Shown here: positions 1 through 9,947 of the stretch, one piece after another
How positions within the stretch are numbered: the first letter of the stretch is position 1
How the letters are laid out: every line of letters starts with the position of its first letter
Source of the DNA: Kineococcus radiotolerans SRS30216 = ATCC BAA-149
Lineage (GTDB): Bacteria > Actinomycetota > Actinomycetes > Actinomycetales > Kineococcaceae
DNA length: 32,000 bases
Assembly: GCF_000017305.1 (NCBI RefSeq)
Contig: NC_009664.2
Location: 2,310,001 to 2,342,000, forward strand
Direction: 5' to 3'
Notes under the pieces: model-generated
Database searches by the model: none
What the model was told of the DNA's origin: nothing
The model's input: only the letters and a program-made list of their open reading frames with translations
Made by a program: the position numbers and the translations under genes

Positions 1-1174
1 CCCGCAGGATGTGCGCGCGCTCCTCGGCCTTGCGCAGCCGGAACCGGGTCCGGCGGACGATGACGTCGAGCTGGTGGGCGATCCAGTGCTTGAGGAAGGC
101 GTGGATCGGCAGCGTGCGCGGCACCCCGTCGACCAGGGCGAGCATGTTCGCGCCGAAGTTCGTCTGCAGCTGGGTGTGCTTGTAGAGGTTGTTCAGCACG
201 ACCTTCGCCACGGCGTCGCGGCGCAGGATGATGACGAGGCGCTGGCCGGTCTTGCCGGAGGTGTGGTCCTGCACGTCGGCGATGCCGGTGAGGCGGCCGT
301 CGCGGACGAGGTTGGCGATGTTCTCCGCCAGGTTGTCCGGGTTGACCTGGTACGGCAGCTCGCTGACGACGAGGCAGGTCCGGCCCTGGATCTCCTCGAC
401 CTCCACGACGGCCCGCATGGTGATGGAGCCGCGGCCGGTGCGGTAGGCGTCGCTGATGCCGCGGTGGCCCAGGATCAGGGCCCCGGTCGGGAAGTCGGGT
501 CCCTTGATGCGGGTCAGCAGCGCGGCGAGCTGCTCCTCGTCGGAGGCGTCGGGGTTGTCCAGCAACCACTTCGCGCCCTCGGCGACCTCGCGCAGGTTGT
601 GCGGGGGGATGTTCGTCGCCATGCCCACGGCGATGCCGGCGGACCCGTTGACCAGCAGGTTCGGGAAGCGGCTGGGCAGGACGTCGGGCTCGTCGGTGTG
701 CCCGTCGTAGTTGGGCGAGAAGTCGACGGTCTCCTCGTCGATGTCGCGGACCATCTCCATGGCCAGCGGCGCCATGCGGCACTCGGTGTAGCGGGGCGCG
801 GCGGCCGGGTCGTTGCCCGGGGAGCCGAAGTTGCCCTGCCCGTCGACGAGCGGGTAGCGCAGCGACCAGTCCTGGGCGAGGCGGACCAGGGCGTCGTAGA
901 TCGAGGTGTCGCCGTGCGGGTGGTAGTGACCCATGACGTCGCCGACGACGCGGGCGCACTTGGAGTACCCGCGGTCGGGGCGGTACCCGCCGTCGTACAT
1001 CGCGTACAGCACCCGGCGGTGGACGGGCTTGAGACCGTCGCGCACGTCGGGCAGGGCCCGGGAGACGATCACGCTCATCGCGTAGTCGAGGTAGGACCGC
1101 TGCATCTCGGCCTGCAGGTCCACCTGCTCGACGCGGTCGCCGGGGTGGGGGGGTTCGGTGGTGCTCTCGCTCAC
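1..1174 (-). CDS. gyrA: DNA gyrase subunit A, N-terminal ~391 codons (3' end runs off the left edge of the window)
   Basis: Own reverse-strand translation from GTG at 1174-1172 gives [59 protein letters not shown]...[34 protein letters not shown]...[10 protein letters not shown], a canonical GyrA N-terminus including the catalytic Tyr region. A GAGAGG SD lies ~10 nt upstream. It is absent from the ORF track because there is no in-window stop. It lies directly downstream of gyrB. Confidence 0.95.
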   Translation of the reverse strand, partial: MSESTTEPPHPGDRVEQVDLQAEMQRSYLDYAMSVIVSRALPDVRDGLKPVHRRVLYAMYDGGYRPDRGYSKCARVVGDVMGHYHPHGDTSIYDALVRLAQDWSLRYPLVDGQGNFGSPGNDPAAAPRYTECRMAPLAMEMVRDIDEETVDFSPNYDGHTDEPDVLPSRFPNLLVNGSAGIAVGMATNIPPHNLREVAEGAKWLLDNPDASDEEQLAALLTRIKGPDFPTGALILGHRGISDAYRTGRGSITMRAVVEVEEIQGRTCLVVSELPYQVNPDNLAENIANLVRDGRLTGIADVQDHTSGKTGQRLVIILRRDAVAKVVLNNLYKHTQLQTNFGANMLALVDGVPRTLPIHAFLKHWIAHQLDVIVRRTRFRLRKAEERAHILR

Positions 1175-1215
1175 GCTGGGGTTCGCCTCTCAGATCACGG
1201 TCGTCGTGTCGTCTC

Positions 1216-1229
1216 GTTCCACGTGGAAC
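1216..1229. other. parS-like perfect palindrome GTTCCACGTGGAAC in the 64-nt gyrB-gyrA spacer
   Basis: Read directly. It has two symmetric mismatches to the canonical parS core GTTTCACGTGAAAC. Both half-sites equal the GTTCCAC half-site used by the other parS sites in this window. Confidence 0.5.
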
Positions 1230-1238
1230 ATCGACCTG

Positions 1239-3299
1239 TCACACGTCGAGGAACCTCACGTCGCGGGCGTTGCGCTGGATGAAGCTGCGGCGCGACTCCA
1301 CGTCCTCGCCCATGAGGACCGAGAACACCGCGTCGGCCGCGGCGGCGTCCTCGAGGGTCACCTGCAGCAGCGTGCGGTGGGCGCGGTCCATCGTGGTCTC
1401 GGACAGCTCGTCCCAGTTCATCTCGCCCAGACCCTTGTACCGCTGGGTCTTGCCCTCCTTGGGCAGCTTCTTGCCCGCCGCGAGACCGGCCTCCATGAGC
1501 GCGTCGCGCTCGCGGTCGGAGTAGGCGAACTCGTGCGCGGCCCCGCCCATCCACTTGATCCGGTACAGCGGCGGCTGCGCCAGGTACACGTGGCCGTTCT
1601 CCACCAGCGGGCTCATGTAGCGGAACAGCAGCGTCAGCAGCAGCGTGCGGATGTGCTGACCGTCCACGTCCGCGTCGGCCATGATGATGATCTTGTGGTA
1701 CCGGAGCTTCTCGAGGTTGAACTCCTCGCCGATGCCGGTGCCGAAGGCGGTGATGAGGGCCTGCACCTCCTGGTTGCCCAGGGCACGGTCCAGGCGGGCC
1801 TTCTCCACGTTGAGGATCTTGCCGCGGATCGGCAGGATCGCCTGGGTGCGCGGGTCGCGGCCGCGGGTGGCCGAACCGCCCGCGGAGTCGCCCTCGACGA
1901 TGAACACCTCGCACTCGGCGGGGTTGTTGGACTGGCAGTCCTTCAGCTTGCCCGGCAGCGAGTTGCGCTCCAGCAGCGACTTGCGGCTCGCCTCGCGCGC
2001 CTTGCGGGCGGCCTGGCGCGCGACCGAGGCCGAGTGCGCCTTCTTCGCGATCTGGTAGGCCTCCTTGGGGTTGGAGGCGAACCAGTGCCCGAGGTGCTCG
2101 CGCACCTGGGCGTTCACGTAGGTGCGGGCGGAGGTGTTGCCCAGCTTCGTCTTCGTCTGGCCCTCGAACTGCGGCTCGGACAGCTTCACCGAGATGATCG
2201 CCGTGAGGCCCTCGCGGATGTCGGACCCCTCGAGGGTGTCGTTCTCCTTGAGCAGCGCCGGCTTCGCGGCCCGGGCGTACTCCTGGACCAGCGAGGTCAG
2301 CGCCGTCCGGAAGCCCGTCTCGTGCGTCCCGCCCTCGGTGGTGTTGATGGCGTTGGCGAAGGTGAAGACCGTCTCGGAGTACGCCGTCGTCCACTGCATG
2401 GCGACCTCGAGGGAGATCCCCTGCTCGGTGTCCTCGGCCTCCAGGCTGATGATCGAGTCGTGCAGCGGCTCGTTCTTCTTCAGCGAGTTCACGTGCTTCA
2501 CGTAGTCCACGAGACCGCCGTCGTAGCGGTAGGTGACGTCGCGCAGCGGCTTCGCGTCGGTGGACTCGTCCTCGACCTCGTCCTCCACGACGCGCTCGTC
2601 GCTCAGGGAGATCGTCAGGCCCTTGTTGAGGAAGCACGTCTGCTGGAAGCGGGTGCGCAGGGTCTCGAAGTCGAAGACGGTCGTCTCGAACGTCTCGGGG
2701 CTGGGCCAGAACGTGATCGAGGTGCCGGTCTCGCCGGTCTCCTCGCCCTTCTCCAGCGGCGCCACCGGGACGCCGCCCTCGAAGGACTGCCGCCACACGT
2801 GGCCCTGCCGCCGGACCTCGACGTCGACGCGGCGCGAGAGCGCGTTGACGACGGAGATGCCGACGCCGTGCAGGCCGCCGGAGACGGAGTAGCCGCCGCC
2901 GCCGAACTTGCCGCCGGCGTGCAGGACGGTGAGCACGACCTCGAGGGCGGAGCGCCCCTCCCCGGGCATGATGTCGACGGGGATGCCGCGGCCGTTGTCG
3001 ACGCAGCGCAGCCCGCCGTCGGCCAGCATCGTCACGGCGATGGTGTCGCAGTACCCCGCGAGCGCCTCGTCGACGGAGTTGTCCACGACCTCGTAGACGA
3101 GGTGGTGCAGCCCGCGCTCGCCGGTCGAGCCGATGTACATGCCGGGGCGCTTGCGCACCGCCTCGAGACCCTCGAGGACGGTGATCGCGTCGGCGCCGTA
3201 CTCCGGGCGCGGGGTGCCGTCGGGTGCCACCGCGTCGGCCAGCGACGGTGCGTCCTCGGGGCTGGTGTCCTCGGGACCGGGCGTCTCTTGGTCTGGCAC
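1239..3299 (-). CDS. gyrB: DNA gyrase subunit B
   Basis: ORF 1239..3524(-) carries the GHKL N-box [17 protein letters not shown], the Toprim [20 protein letters not shown] and the C-terminal [13 protein letters not shown]. Start is set at GTG 3299-3297 (VPDQETPG...), which has GGAGGGA 11 nt upstream. The 75 codons upstream are Arg-rich with low GC3. Confidence 0.93.
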   Translation of the reverse strand: MPDQETPGPEDTSPEDAPSLADAVAPDGTPRPEYGADAITVLEGLEAVRKRPGMYIGSTGERGLHHLVYEVVDNSVDEALAGYCDTIAVTMLADGGLRCVDNGRGIPVDIMPGEGRSALEVVLTVLHAGGKFGGGGYSVSGGLHGVGISVVNALSRRVDVEVRRQGHVWRQSFEGGVPVAPLEKGEETGETGTSITFWPSPETFETTVFDFETLRTRFQQTCFLNKGLTISLSDERVVEDEVEDESTDAKPLRDVTYRYDGGLVDYVKHVNSLKKNEPLHDSIISLEAEDTEQGISLEVAMQWTTAYSETVFTFANAINTTEGGTHETGFRTALTSLVQEYARAAKPALLKENDTLEGSDIREGLTAIISVKLSEPQFEGQTKTKLGNTSARTYVNAQVREHLGHWFASNPKEAYQIAKKAHSASVARQAARKAREASRKSLLERNSLPGKLKDCQSNNPAECEVFIVEGDSAGGSATRGRDPRTQAILPIRGKILNVEKARLDRALGNQEVQALITAFGTGIGEEFNLEKLRYHKIIIMADADVDGQHIRTLLLTLLFRYMSPLVENGHVYLAQPPLYRIKWMGGAAHEFAYSDRERDALMEAGLAAGKKLPKEGKTQRYKGLGEMNWDELSETTMDRAHRTLLQVTLEDAAAADAVFSVLMGEDVESRRSFIQRNARDVRFLDV

Positions 3300-3582
3300 G
3301 AGCGGGTGTGCTCCCTCCGCGTCGAGGCGACCGGTCGGGCAACGGGGCACGGACGTTCGGGCCCGTGTCCGCCAGTCTTGATCAGAGGAAGCTTCGATCG
3401 ACGACGAAGGCCCTACGACCGCCAGGTTCGTGTCCCAGTGTACCCCGCGCGGGCCGTGATCTCGCGCTGCGCGGCCCCTAGCGCGCTCCTGAGCGGTTCG
3501 ACCCCCCCGGGTGTGGGGGACCACGCGCGGGCACCCCGGCCGGGTGCACGCGAAACCTGGGCCGTCGGACGGGCCCGGGACG

Positions 3583-4236
3583 CTACCCGTAGGTGTCGCG
3601 CGGTCCCCGCCCGCCGGGGGCGGAGCGCCCGCCCTTGCGCCACGAGGGCCCCTGCGGGCCCCGGACGACGACCTTCGTCACGACGCCGTGGCCCAGCTCC
3701 TCGTCCAGGCGCCGGACGAGGTGGCTGGTGAGGAGGCGGACCTGGGTGGCCCAGGCCGTGGACTCCGCGCGCACCACCAGCGTCCCGTCCTTGAGCGTCT
3801 CGGGGGTGCAGTGCCCGGCCAGCTCGGGGCCGACGACGACGTCCCAGCGCCCGAACGCCCCGCCGACGGCGACCGGCCGCTCCCAGCCGCGCTCCCCCAC
3901 CAGGCGCCCCAAGGTGGAGTCCAGCGACTGCGGGTCGCGGGCGTCGGGGTGGGCCCCGGAGCGGGTGGACCCCCCGCCCCGCCGGGCCTCGCGCCACTCC
4001 TCGCGGGTCTGCTTGCCGCCCAGCGGCACCTGCCCCGGCCGCAGCCCGCGGGCCGCGGCCGCGGCCCGGGCCCGGCCCAGGGCGGTGCGCGCGAGGTCGG
4101 CCCCGATCGACCCGTCGTCGTCCTCGGGCCCGTCCCCGGGGTCCTGCCCCGGCTCGCCGGCGGCGTCGGGGTCCTCCCTGGGCCCGGCCGCCCCCGGCGG
4201 CTCAGTCACCGCGGACCGCCGCGCCGGAGGTGACAT
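3583..4236 (-). CDS. dciA: DUF721 / DciA-like protein (helicase-operating factor family), conserved between recF and gyrB in Actinobacteria
   Basis: ORF 217 aa. It occupies the position of M. tuberculosis Rv0004. The C-terminal core [69 protein letters not shown] is typical of DUF721. The start is uncertain: ATG 4236 overlaps recF by 35 nt, and GTG 4209 overlaps the recF stop by 8 nt. Confidence 0.75.
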   Translation of the reverse strand: MSPPARRSAVTEPPGAAGPREDPDAAGEPGQDPGDGPEDDDGSIGADLARTALGRARAAAAARGLRPGQVPLGGKQTREEWREARRGGGSTRSGAHPDARDPQSLDSTLGRLVGERGWERPVAVGGAFGRWDVVVGPELAGHCTPETLKDGTLVVRAESTAWATQVRLLTSHLVRRLDEELGHGVVTKVVVRGPQGPSWRKGGRSAPGGRGPRDTYG

Positions 4237-5377
4237 GCACCCGGTCGGTGTGCTCCCCGCGCAGCGCGGCGGGGACGTCCTCGGGCACCGCGGCGGTCAC
4301 CAGCACCTGCTCGGCGTCGGCGACGACCTCCGACAGCCGTTCGCGCCGGCCCGCGTCGAGCTCGGCGAAGACGTCGTCGAGCACGAGCACCGGCCCGCCG
4401 GGGTCGTCCACCTCGTCGTCGGCCAGCAGCAGCCGGTAGCTGGCCAGCCGCAGGCCCAGCGCGACCGACCAGCTCTCCCCGTGGCTGGCGTAGCCCTTGG
4501 CGGGCATCCCGCCCAGGGTGAGGACGAGGTCGTCGCGGTGCGGGCCCACGAGGCACACCCCGCGGTCCAGCTCGCTCTTGCGCTGCTCGAGCATCGAGGC
4601 CAGCAGCGCCTCCCGCAGCGCGTCCCGGGTGGGGGCCTCCCCGCCCGGGGTGGTGGCCACCCCCTCCGCGAGCAGGGGCAGGCTGGAGCGGTAGCCCAGC
4701 TCCAGGTCGCCCTGCCCACCGCTGACCGCCCGGTAGGCGGAGTCGGTGGGCGAGCGCAGGTCCGCCAGCAGCGCCAACCGGGCCGACAGCAGCTCCGCCC
4801 CCGTCGTGGCCAGGTGCTCGTCCCACACGTCGAGGGTGTGGGTGTCCGCCCGGCCCGAGCGCATCGCCGACCCGGCCGACTTCAACAGGGCCGTGCGCTG
4901 GCGCAGGATCCGGTCGTAGTCGGCCCGCACCCCGGCGATCCGCGGCCACCGGGTGACCAGCAGCTCGTCGAGGTAGCGGCGGCGCTCCCCGGGGTCGCCC
5001 TTGACCAGGGCGAGGTCCTCGGGGGCGAAGAGCACCGTCCGCAGCACCCCGAGCACGTCGCGGGTCCGGCGGACCGGGTTGCCGTTGAGCCGGGCCCGGT
5101 TCGCCTTCCCCGGGGTGATCTCCAGCTCGACCAGCGCCCGGCGCCCGCCGCGCTCCAGCTGCGCCCGCACCACGGCGCGCTCCGCTCCCTGCCGCACCAG
5201 CGGGGCGTCACCGGAGACCCGGTGGCTGCCCAGCGTCGCGACGTACCCGATGGCCTCGACCAGGTTGGTCTTGCCCTGCCCGTTCAGGCCGACGAAGGTC
5301 GTCGTCCCCGGACGCAGGTCCAGCTCGAGGGTCGGGTACGAGCGGTAGTCGACGAGCGAGAGGTGCGCGACGTGCAC
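4202..5377 (-). CDS. recF: DNA replication and repair protein RecF
   Basis: N-terminus [21 protein letters not shown] plus Walker [14 protein letters not shown], with a C-terminal [10 protein letters not shown] signature. GTG at 5377 was chosen (7 nt after the gnd stop) rather than the track start at 5443. Confidence 0.92.
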   Translation of the reverse strand: MHVAHLSLVDYRSYPTLELDLRPGTTTFVGLNGQGKTNLVEAIGYVATLGSHRVSGDAPLVRQGAERAVVRAQLERGGRRALVELEITPGKANRARLNGNPVRRTRDVLGVLRTVLFAPEDLALVKGDPGERRRYLDELLVTRWPRIAGVRADYDRILRQRTALLKSAGSAMRSGRADTHTLDVWDEHLATTGAELLSARLALLADLRSPTDSAYRAVSGGQGDLELGYRSSLPLLAEGVATTPGGEAPTRDALREALLASMLEQRKSELDRGVCLVGPHRDDLVLTLGGMPAKGYASHGESWSVALGLRLASYRLLLADDEVDDPGGPVLVLDDVFAELDAGRRERLSEVVADAEQVLVTAAVPEDVPAALRGEHTDRVHVTSGAAVRGD

Positions 5378-5384
5378 GCGGGGG

Positions 5385-6299
5385 TCAGCTGTTCGTGGAG
5401 CCCGTGCCCGAGGTGGGCCCGGCCTGCGCGACGGCGTGACCACCGAACTGGTTGCGCAGCGCGGCGACGGCCTTGATGGAGGGGGAGTCCTCCTGGCGGG
5501 AGGAGAAGCGGGCGAAGAGGGCCGCGGCGAGGACGGGCATGGGGACCGCGTTCTCGATGGCCTGCTCCAGGGTCCAGCGACCCTCGCCGGAGTCCTGCGC
5601 GTAGCCGCGGATGTTGTCCAGCTTGGGGTCCTCCTCGAGGGCGCGGACCATGAGGTCCAGCAGCCAGGAGCGGACGACCGTGCCGCGGGTCCAGGCCTTG
5701 AAGACGGCGGGGACGTCGTGGATGATCCCCTTCGCCTCCAGCAGCTCGTAGCCCTCGGCGTAGGCGTGCATCAGGCCGTACTCGATGCCGTTGTGGACCA
5801 TCTTCGAGTAGTGGCCCGCCCCGACGCCGCCGGCGTGGACGAAGCCCTCCTCGCGGGGGCCCTCCGGGCGCAGCGCGTCGAAGATCGGCATCGCCAGGTC
5901 GACGTGGCCCTTGGAGCCGCCGACCATCAGGCCGTAGCCGTTGTCCTTGCCCCACACGCCGCCGGAGACGCCGCAGTCCATGTAGCCGGTGCCGCGCTCG
6001 GCGAGGAGCTTGGAGTTGATCTCGTCGTCGGTCCACTTGGAGTTGCCGCCGTCGATGACCAGGTCGCCGTCCTTGAGCAGCGGCGCCAGGTTCGCGACGG
6101 TGTCGCGGGTGATCTTGCCCGAGGGGACCATCACCCAGACGATCTTGGGCGAGGGCAGCGCCTCGACCAGCGCAGCCAGGGACGGGACGTCGGTGACGTC
6201 GGGGTTCGGGTCGTACCCGGTGACCTCGATGCCCTTGTCGCGGAGGCGGGAACGCATGTTCCCGCCCATCTTGCCCAGACCCACGAGACCGATGTGCAT
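5385..6299 (-). CDS. gnd: 6-phosphogluconate dehydrogenase, decarboxylating (short ~300-aa form)
   Basis: [15 protein letters not shown] Rossmann N-terminus, with GNSKWTDD and CGVSGGVWG motifs. It has the same dnaN-gnd-recF placement as in Streptomyces (remembered synteny). Confidence 0.85.
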   Translation of the reverse strand: MHIGLVGLGKMGGNMRSRLRDKGIEVTGYDPNPDVTDVPSLAALVEALPSPKIVWVMVPSGKITRDTVANLAPLLKDGDLVIDGGNSKWTDDEINSKLLAERGTGYMDCGVSGGVWGKDNGYGLMVGGSKGHVDLAMPIFDALRPEGPREEGFVHAGGVGAGHYSKMVHNGIEYGLMHAYAEGYELLEAKGIIHDVPAVFKAWTRGTVVRSWLLDLMVRALEEDPKLDNIRGYAQDSGEGRWTLEQAIENAVPMPVLAAALFARFSSRQEDSPSIKAVAALRNQFGGHAVAQAGPTSGTGSTNS

Positions 6300-6357
6300 C
6301 CTGACGCTTCCCTTCTCGCGCCCGGCTCTCGCACCGGGCTCTGTGGACGTACCGGGC

Positions 6358-7485
6358 TCAGCCGGCCAGCCGGACCGGCATCAGCAGGTACCGGTAGCTG
6401 TCGTCGTCGTCCCCGTCGAGGTCCGCCTGGCCGGTGAGGACCGCCGGGCGGGTCGACTGGGTGAACGACAGGCGGGCGAACGGGGCGGCCAGCGCCCCGA
6501 GCCCGTCGAGCAGGAACTGGGGGTTGAAGGCGATGGCGATGGACTCGCCGACGAGCGCGGCCTCGAGGGCCTCCGTCGCCTGCGCGTCCTCGCCCTGGCC
6601 CGCCTCCAAGGAGAGCACGCCGTCCTCGAACCGCAAGCGCACGGGTGTGTTGCGCTCGGCGACCAGGGCCACCCGCTTCACGGCCTCGGTCAGGGCGGCG
6701 GTGGAGACGACGGCGTGGGTGGGGGACTCGGCCGGGAACAGGGCCCGCACCTTCGGGTACTCCCCGTCGACCAGCAGCGAGGTCGAGTACCGCCCGCCGG
6801 CCTGGAAGCCGATGAGGTCGCTCTTGCCGTCGGCCATGGCCATCGTGAGCATGCTCGAGGAGCCCAGGGACCGGGCCACGTCGGACAGCGTCCGGGCCCG
6901 GACGAGGGCCACGGCGGAGATGTCGGGGCTGCTGGGGTTCCAGCGCAGCTCCCGCACCGCGAGCCGGTAGCGGTCGGTGGCCAGCAGCGTCAGCCGGTCG
7001 CCCTCGATCTCCATGCGGACGCCGGTGAGGATCGGCAGCGTCTCGTCGCGGCTGGCCGCGACCGTGACCTGGGCGACGGCCTCGGTGAACTCCGCCCCGG
7101 GCAGCTCCCCGGAGGAGTCCGGCAGCGTGGGCAGGGCGGGGTACTCCTCGACCGTCATCGTCAGGAGCGTGAAGCGGCTCGCGCCGCAGGTCACGACGAC
7201 CTTGGAGCCCTCGGTGGTGAGCGTCACCGGCCGGTTGGGCAGGCTGCGCGAGATGTCGGCGAGGAGGCGGCCCGAGACGAGGACGCGCCCGGCGGTGCGC
7301 ACGTCGGCGGGGAGCTCGACCCGCGCGGACACCTCGTAGTCGAAGGTGGACAGCTTCAGCGTGCCCTCGTCGGTGGCCTCGAGGAGGACACCGGCCAGCA
7401 CGGGGACGGGCGGCCGCGAGGGCAGGGCCCGGGCCGCCCACGCGACGGCGTCGGCCAGCACGTCGCGCTCGACCTGCAACTCCAC
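6358..7485 (-). CDS. dnaN: DNA polymerase III beta sliding clamp
   Basis: VELQVERDVLADAVAWAARALPSRPPVPVLAGVLLEA... ends in YLLMPVRLAG. Start is set at GTG 7485, which has GGGAAGG 9 nt upstream. ATG 7509 is an alternative. The track start at 7743 would run through DnaA boxes. Confidence 0.92.
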   Translation of the reverse strand: MELQVERDVLADAVAWAARALPSRPPVPVLAGVLLEATDEGTLKLSTFDYEVSARVELPADVRTAGRVLVSGRLLADISRSLPNRPVTLTTEGSKVVVTCGASRFTLLTMTVEEYPALPTLPDSSGELPGAEFTEAVAQVTVAASRDETLPILTGVRMEIEGDRLTLLATDRYRLAVRELRWNPSSPDISAVALVRARTLSDVARSLGSSSMLTMAMADGKSDLIGFQAGGRYSTSLLVDGEYPKVRALFPAESPTHAVVSTAALTEAVKRVALVAERNTPVRLRFEDGVLSLEAGQGEDAQATEALEAALVGESIAIAFNPQFLLDGLGALAAPFARLSFTQSTRPAVLTGQADLDGDDDDSYRYLLMPVRLAG

Positions 7486-8318
7486 CAGGCACCGCCTTCC
7501 CTCGAGCATCCGTCGTCCCGCCGTCGACAGGCGGGGCGGCTCCCGACAGTAGTGGAGACCGCCGCGCGGGGTGCACGCGCCTCCACAGCGACCGGCCCCG
7601 TGCACCGCTGCGTCCACCGCGGCGGGCTCCGTCCGCGTCGTCGCTCTCCGTGACCAGAGCGTCGGGGACGGCGCACAGCTTGTTCGAACGCGACGGGTCT
7701 CCCCCACGGCTCCTCGGTCCTCAGGGCTGCCCGTCCCCACCACCAGTCCACAGTGGACGTGGGTTGACGAACTTCACCGTAGAGGGGTCCATCGTCGTAG
7801 TAGCCCTTGTGCACGCTGTGGACAACCCGGTGTCGTCGCAGGTCAGAGGCGGTTCGCCCCCTGTTCCGTGGTGTGGACGGCCTGAGGACCCGTCGACCCC
7901 GTCGTCCACAGGGAGGTGGAGCGCGCCGCCGCTGTCCACCGCCGTCCCCAGGCGCCTGCTGCGGGATCCACCCGTTGTCCACCGAGTTGTCCACCGCTGA
8001 GGACATCTTTGTCCACATGGCTGTCCCCAGCGTGTGGACAACTGTGGAGAAGTGTTCGGACGGGCCGGGAGGAGGCCGTCGGGACCGCCCGCGAGGCGGT
8101 GCCGCGGCCCGCGGTGGGGTGTGGTGCGCCGGGGAGCGGGCGGGCTGCCCCAGGGCCCTGGACGGGCTCTTGACGGGCCCTCGACGGGCCGGTGACGGGC
8201 GTGCGGAGGCGTTCCCGGGGATCGACCACCCGGGACGTGTTCACCGGGACGGTCGGCTCACGGCCCGTCGGCGGGACGACCTCGTCGTCACCCCGCCGGC
8301 CGGTCCCCCGGAGGGGGC
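7486..8318. other. oriC: Chromosomal origin of replication oriC (dnaA-dnaN intergenic DnaA-box cluster)
   Basis: Matches to the actinobacterial DnaA box TTGTCCACA were read directly. Perfect 9/9 boxes: 7817-7825(-), 8009-8017(+), 8033-8041(-). 8/9 boxes: 7902-7910(+), 7975-7983(+), 7987-7995(+), 8043-8051(-). 7/9 boxes: 7744-7752, 7807-7815, 7872-7880(-), 7932-7940. Position between dnaA and dnaN is canonical. Confidence 0.9.
8161..8200 (+). repeat. Four direct GACGGGC repeats at an exact 11-bp step inside oriC
   Basis: GACGGGC starts at 8161, 8172, 8183 and 8194 (ctgGACGGGCtct tGACGGGCcct cGACGGGCcgg tGACGGGCgtg). Confidence 0.7.
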
Positions 8319-9875
8319 TCAGGCCCCGGACTGCTTCTTGATGCGGTTGGTCAGCTCGGTGACCTGGTTGTAGGTGCTGCGCCGCTCGGCCATCTGCTGC
8401 TTGATCTTGCGCTCGGCGTGCATGACGGTCGTGTGGTCGCGGCCGCCGAAGTGCTGCCCGATCTTCGGCAGGGACAGCTCGGTGAGCTCGCGGCAGAGGT
8501 ACATGGCGATCTGGCGCGCGGTGACCAGGGTGCGCGAGCGGGACGTCCCGCACAGGTCCTCCAGCGTGACGCTGAAGTAGGACGCCGTCTGCCCCATGAT
8601 CGCCGCCGCGGTGATCTCCGGGGTCTCCTCGTTGGGGATGAGGTCGCGCAGGACGATCTCGGCCAGCTGCATGTCGACGGGCTGGCGGTTGAGGCTGGCG
8701 AACGCCGTCACGCGGATCAGCGCGCCCTCCAGCTCCCGGATGTTCGAGGAGATCTTGGAGGCGATGTACTCGTTGACGTCGTCGGGGACCTCGAGGCGCT
8801 CGCCGATCGCCTTCTTGCGCAGGATCGCGATGCGGGTCTCGAGGTCGGGGGGCTGGACGTCGGTGATGAGGCCCCACTCGAAGCGGCTGCGCATCCGCTC
8901 CTCGAACCCGGACAGCTGCTTCGGCGGCAGGTCGGAGGTGATGACGACCTGCTTGCTCGCGTTGTGCAGCGTGTTGAAGGTGTGGAAGAACTCCTCCTGC
9001 GTCTGGACCTTGTTCGACAGGAACTGGATGTCGTCGATGAGCAGGACGTCCACGTCGCGGTGCCGGCGCTGGAACGCCTGGGCCTTGTCGTCGCGGATGG
9101 AGTTGATGAAGTCGTTGGTGAACTCCTCGGAGTTCACGTACCGCACCTGCACCCCGGGGTAGAGGTTCTGCGCGTAGTGGCCGATCGCGTGCAGCAGGTG
9201 GGTCTTGCCCAGCCCGGACTCCCCGTAGATGAACAACGGGTTGTACGCCTTGGCCGGGGCCTCGGCGACGGCCACCGCGGCGGCGTGCGCGAAGCGGTTG
9301 CTGGCGCCGATGACGAAGGTCTCGAAGATGTACTTCGGGTTCAGCCGGGAGTTCTCGATCCTGGTCGTGGGGCGCCGCGGCTGCCGGCCCGTCCCCGGAC
9401 CGCGGTCCACCTTGTACCCGGTGAACAGCAGGTCCGGGTCGGAGTCGTCGAGGGGGGAGTCCTCCTCGAGCGAGCCGGAGCGCCGCTCGTCCAGGTGCAG
9501 CCCGTCGTCGCCGTCGAGACCGGTGAGGACCGAGCCGCGCTCCCGCTCCACGCTCGGCACGCTGCCGACGCCCCCGGAGTGCTCCCCGGTCCGTTCCGGG
9601 GTGAGCACCTGCCCGATGGAGGGGTCGACCGTGACCGCGAGGCGGATGGGCGAGCCGTAGGCCTCCGACAGCGCCCTCGTCAGCGGTTCGCGGACCTTCT
9701 GCTCGATGACGTCCTTGGTGAGGTCGTTCGGCACCGCGAGCAGGGCCGTGCCGTCGAGCAGGCCCAGGGGTCGGGTCAGGCGCACGAACGCCCGCTGGTG
9801 CTGAGTGACACCGTCGTCCAGTTGCGCCAGCGCGCGCTCCCAGACGCTGGGGAAGTCCCCTCCGTCGGTCTCCAC
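8319..9875 (-). CDS. dnaA: Chromosomal replication initiator protein DnaA
   Basis: Walker [16 protein letters not shown], box VII/sensor motifs, and a C-terminal HTH ([20 protein letters not shown]). Start is set at GTG 9875 ([19 protein letters not shown]), which has GGGAGAGGG 5 nt upstream. The 78 codons upstream are Arg/Pro-rich junk. Confidence 0.93.
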   Translation of the reverse strand: METDGGDFPSVWERALAQLDDGVTQHQRAFVRLTRPLGLLDGTALLAVPNDLTKDVIEQKVREPLTRALSEAYGSPIRLAVTVDPSIGQVLTPERTGEHSGGVGSVPSVERERGSVLTGLDGDDGLHLDERRSGSLEEDSPLDDSDPDLLFTGYKVDRGPGTGRQPRRPTTRIENSRLNPKYIFETFVIGASNRFAHAAAVAVAEAPAKAYNPLFIYGESGLGKTHLLHAIGHYAQNLYPGVQVRYVNSEEFTNDFINSIRDDKAQAFQRRHRDVDVLLIDDIQFLSNKVQTQEEFFHTFNTLHNASKQVVITSDLPPKQLSGFEERMRSRFEWGLITDVQPPDLETRIAILRKKAIGERLEVPDDVNEYIASKISSNIRELEGALIRVTAFASLNRQPVDMQLAEIVLRDLIPNEETPEITAAAIMGQTASYFSVTLEDLCGTSRSRTLVTARQIAMYLCRELTELSLPKIGQHFGGRDHTTVMHAERKIKQQMAERRSTYNQVTELTNRIKKQSGA

Positions 9876-9915
9876 TCGAGCCCTCTCCCGTCGTACCGGA
9901 TCCGTCCGACGGGTC

Positions 9916-9947
9916 CCGTCCACACCCCTGTCCACAGCTGTGGAGGA
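9916..9947. promoter_or_regulatory. DnaA-box pair/palindrome 41-72 nt upstream of the dnaA start (probable autoregulation site)
   Basis: CCGTCCACA at 9916-9924, CTGTCCACA at 9928-9936, and inverted TGTGGAGGA at 9939-9947. Positions 9931-9944 form the perfect 14-bp palindrome TCCACAGCTGTGGA. Confidence 0.6.

Noticed and set aside
11-1282. 423-aa plus-strand ORF at the left edge
   Set aside because: It is antisense to an unmistakable GyrA reading frame. Its Ala/Val/Gly/Asp-rich composition is typical of a GC-driven shadow ORF.
2487-2505. GTTCACGTGCTTCACGTAG inside gyrB as another parS, plus other isolated CACGTG hexamers (e.g. 1586-1591, 2806-2811, 20086-20091, 27009-27014)
   Set aside because: The half-site spacing is wrong (one base missing) or the flanks are unrelated to GTTYCAC/GTGRAAC. 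CACGTG alone is expected by chance at this GC content.
3300-3582. 283-nt DUF721-gyrB spacer as an ncRNA, a tRNA or a clear gyrB promoter
   Set aside because: I found only short, weak hairpins (e.g. GCACCC-cggcc-GGGTGC around 3531-3547) and one TACACT hexamer without a convincing -35. There is no cloverleaf-like structure, so the support is insufficient for a call.
1158-3731. 857-aa (+) and 715-aa (-, 1195..3342) ORFs overlapping gyrB
   Set aside because: They are shadow or out-of-frame ORFs of gyrB, with Arg/Gly/Pro-rich translations and no recognisable motifs.
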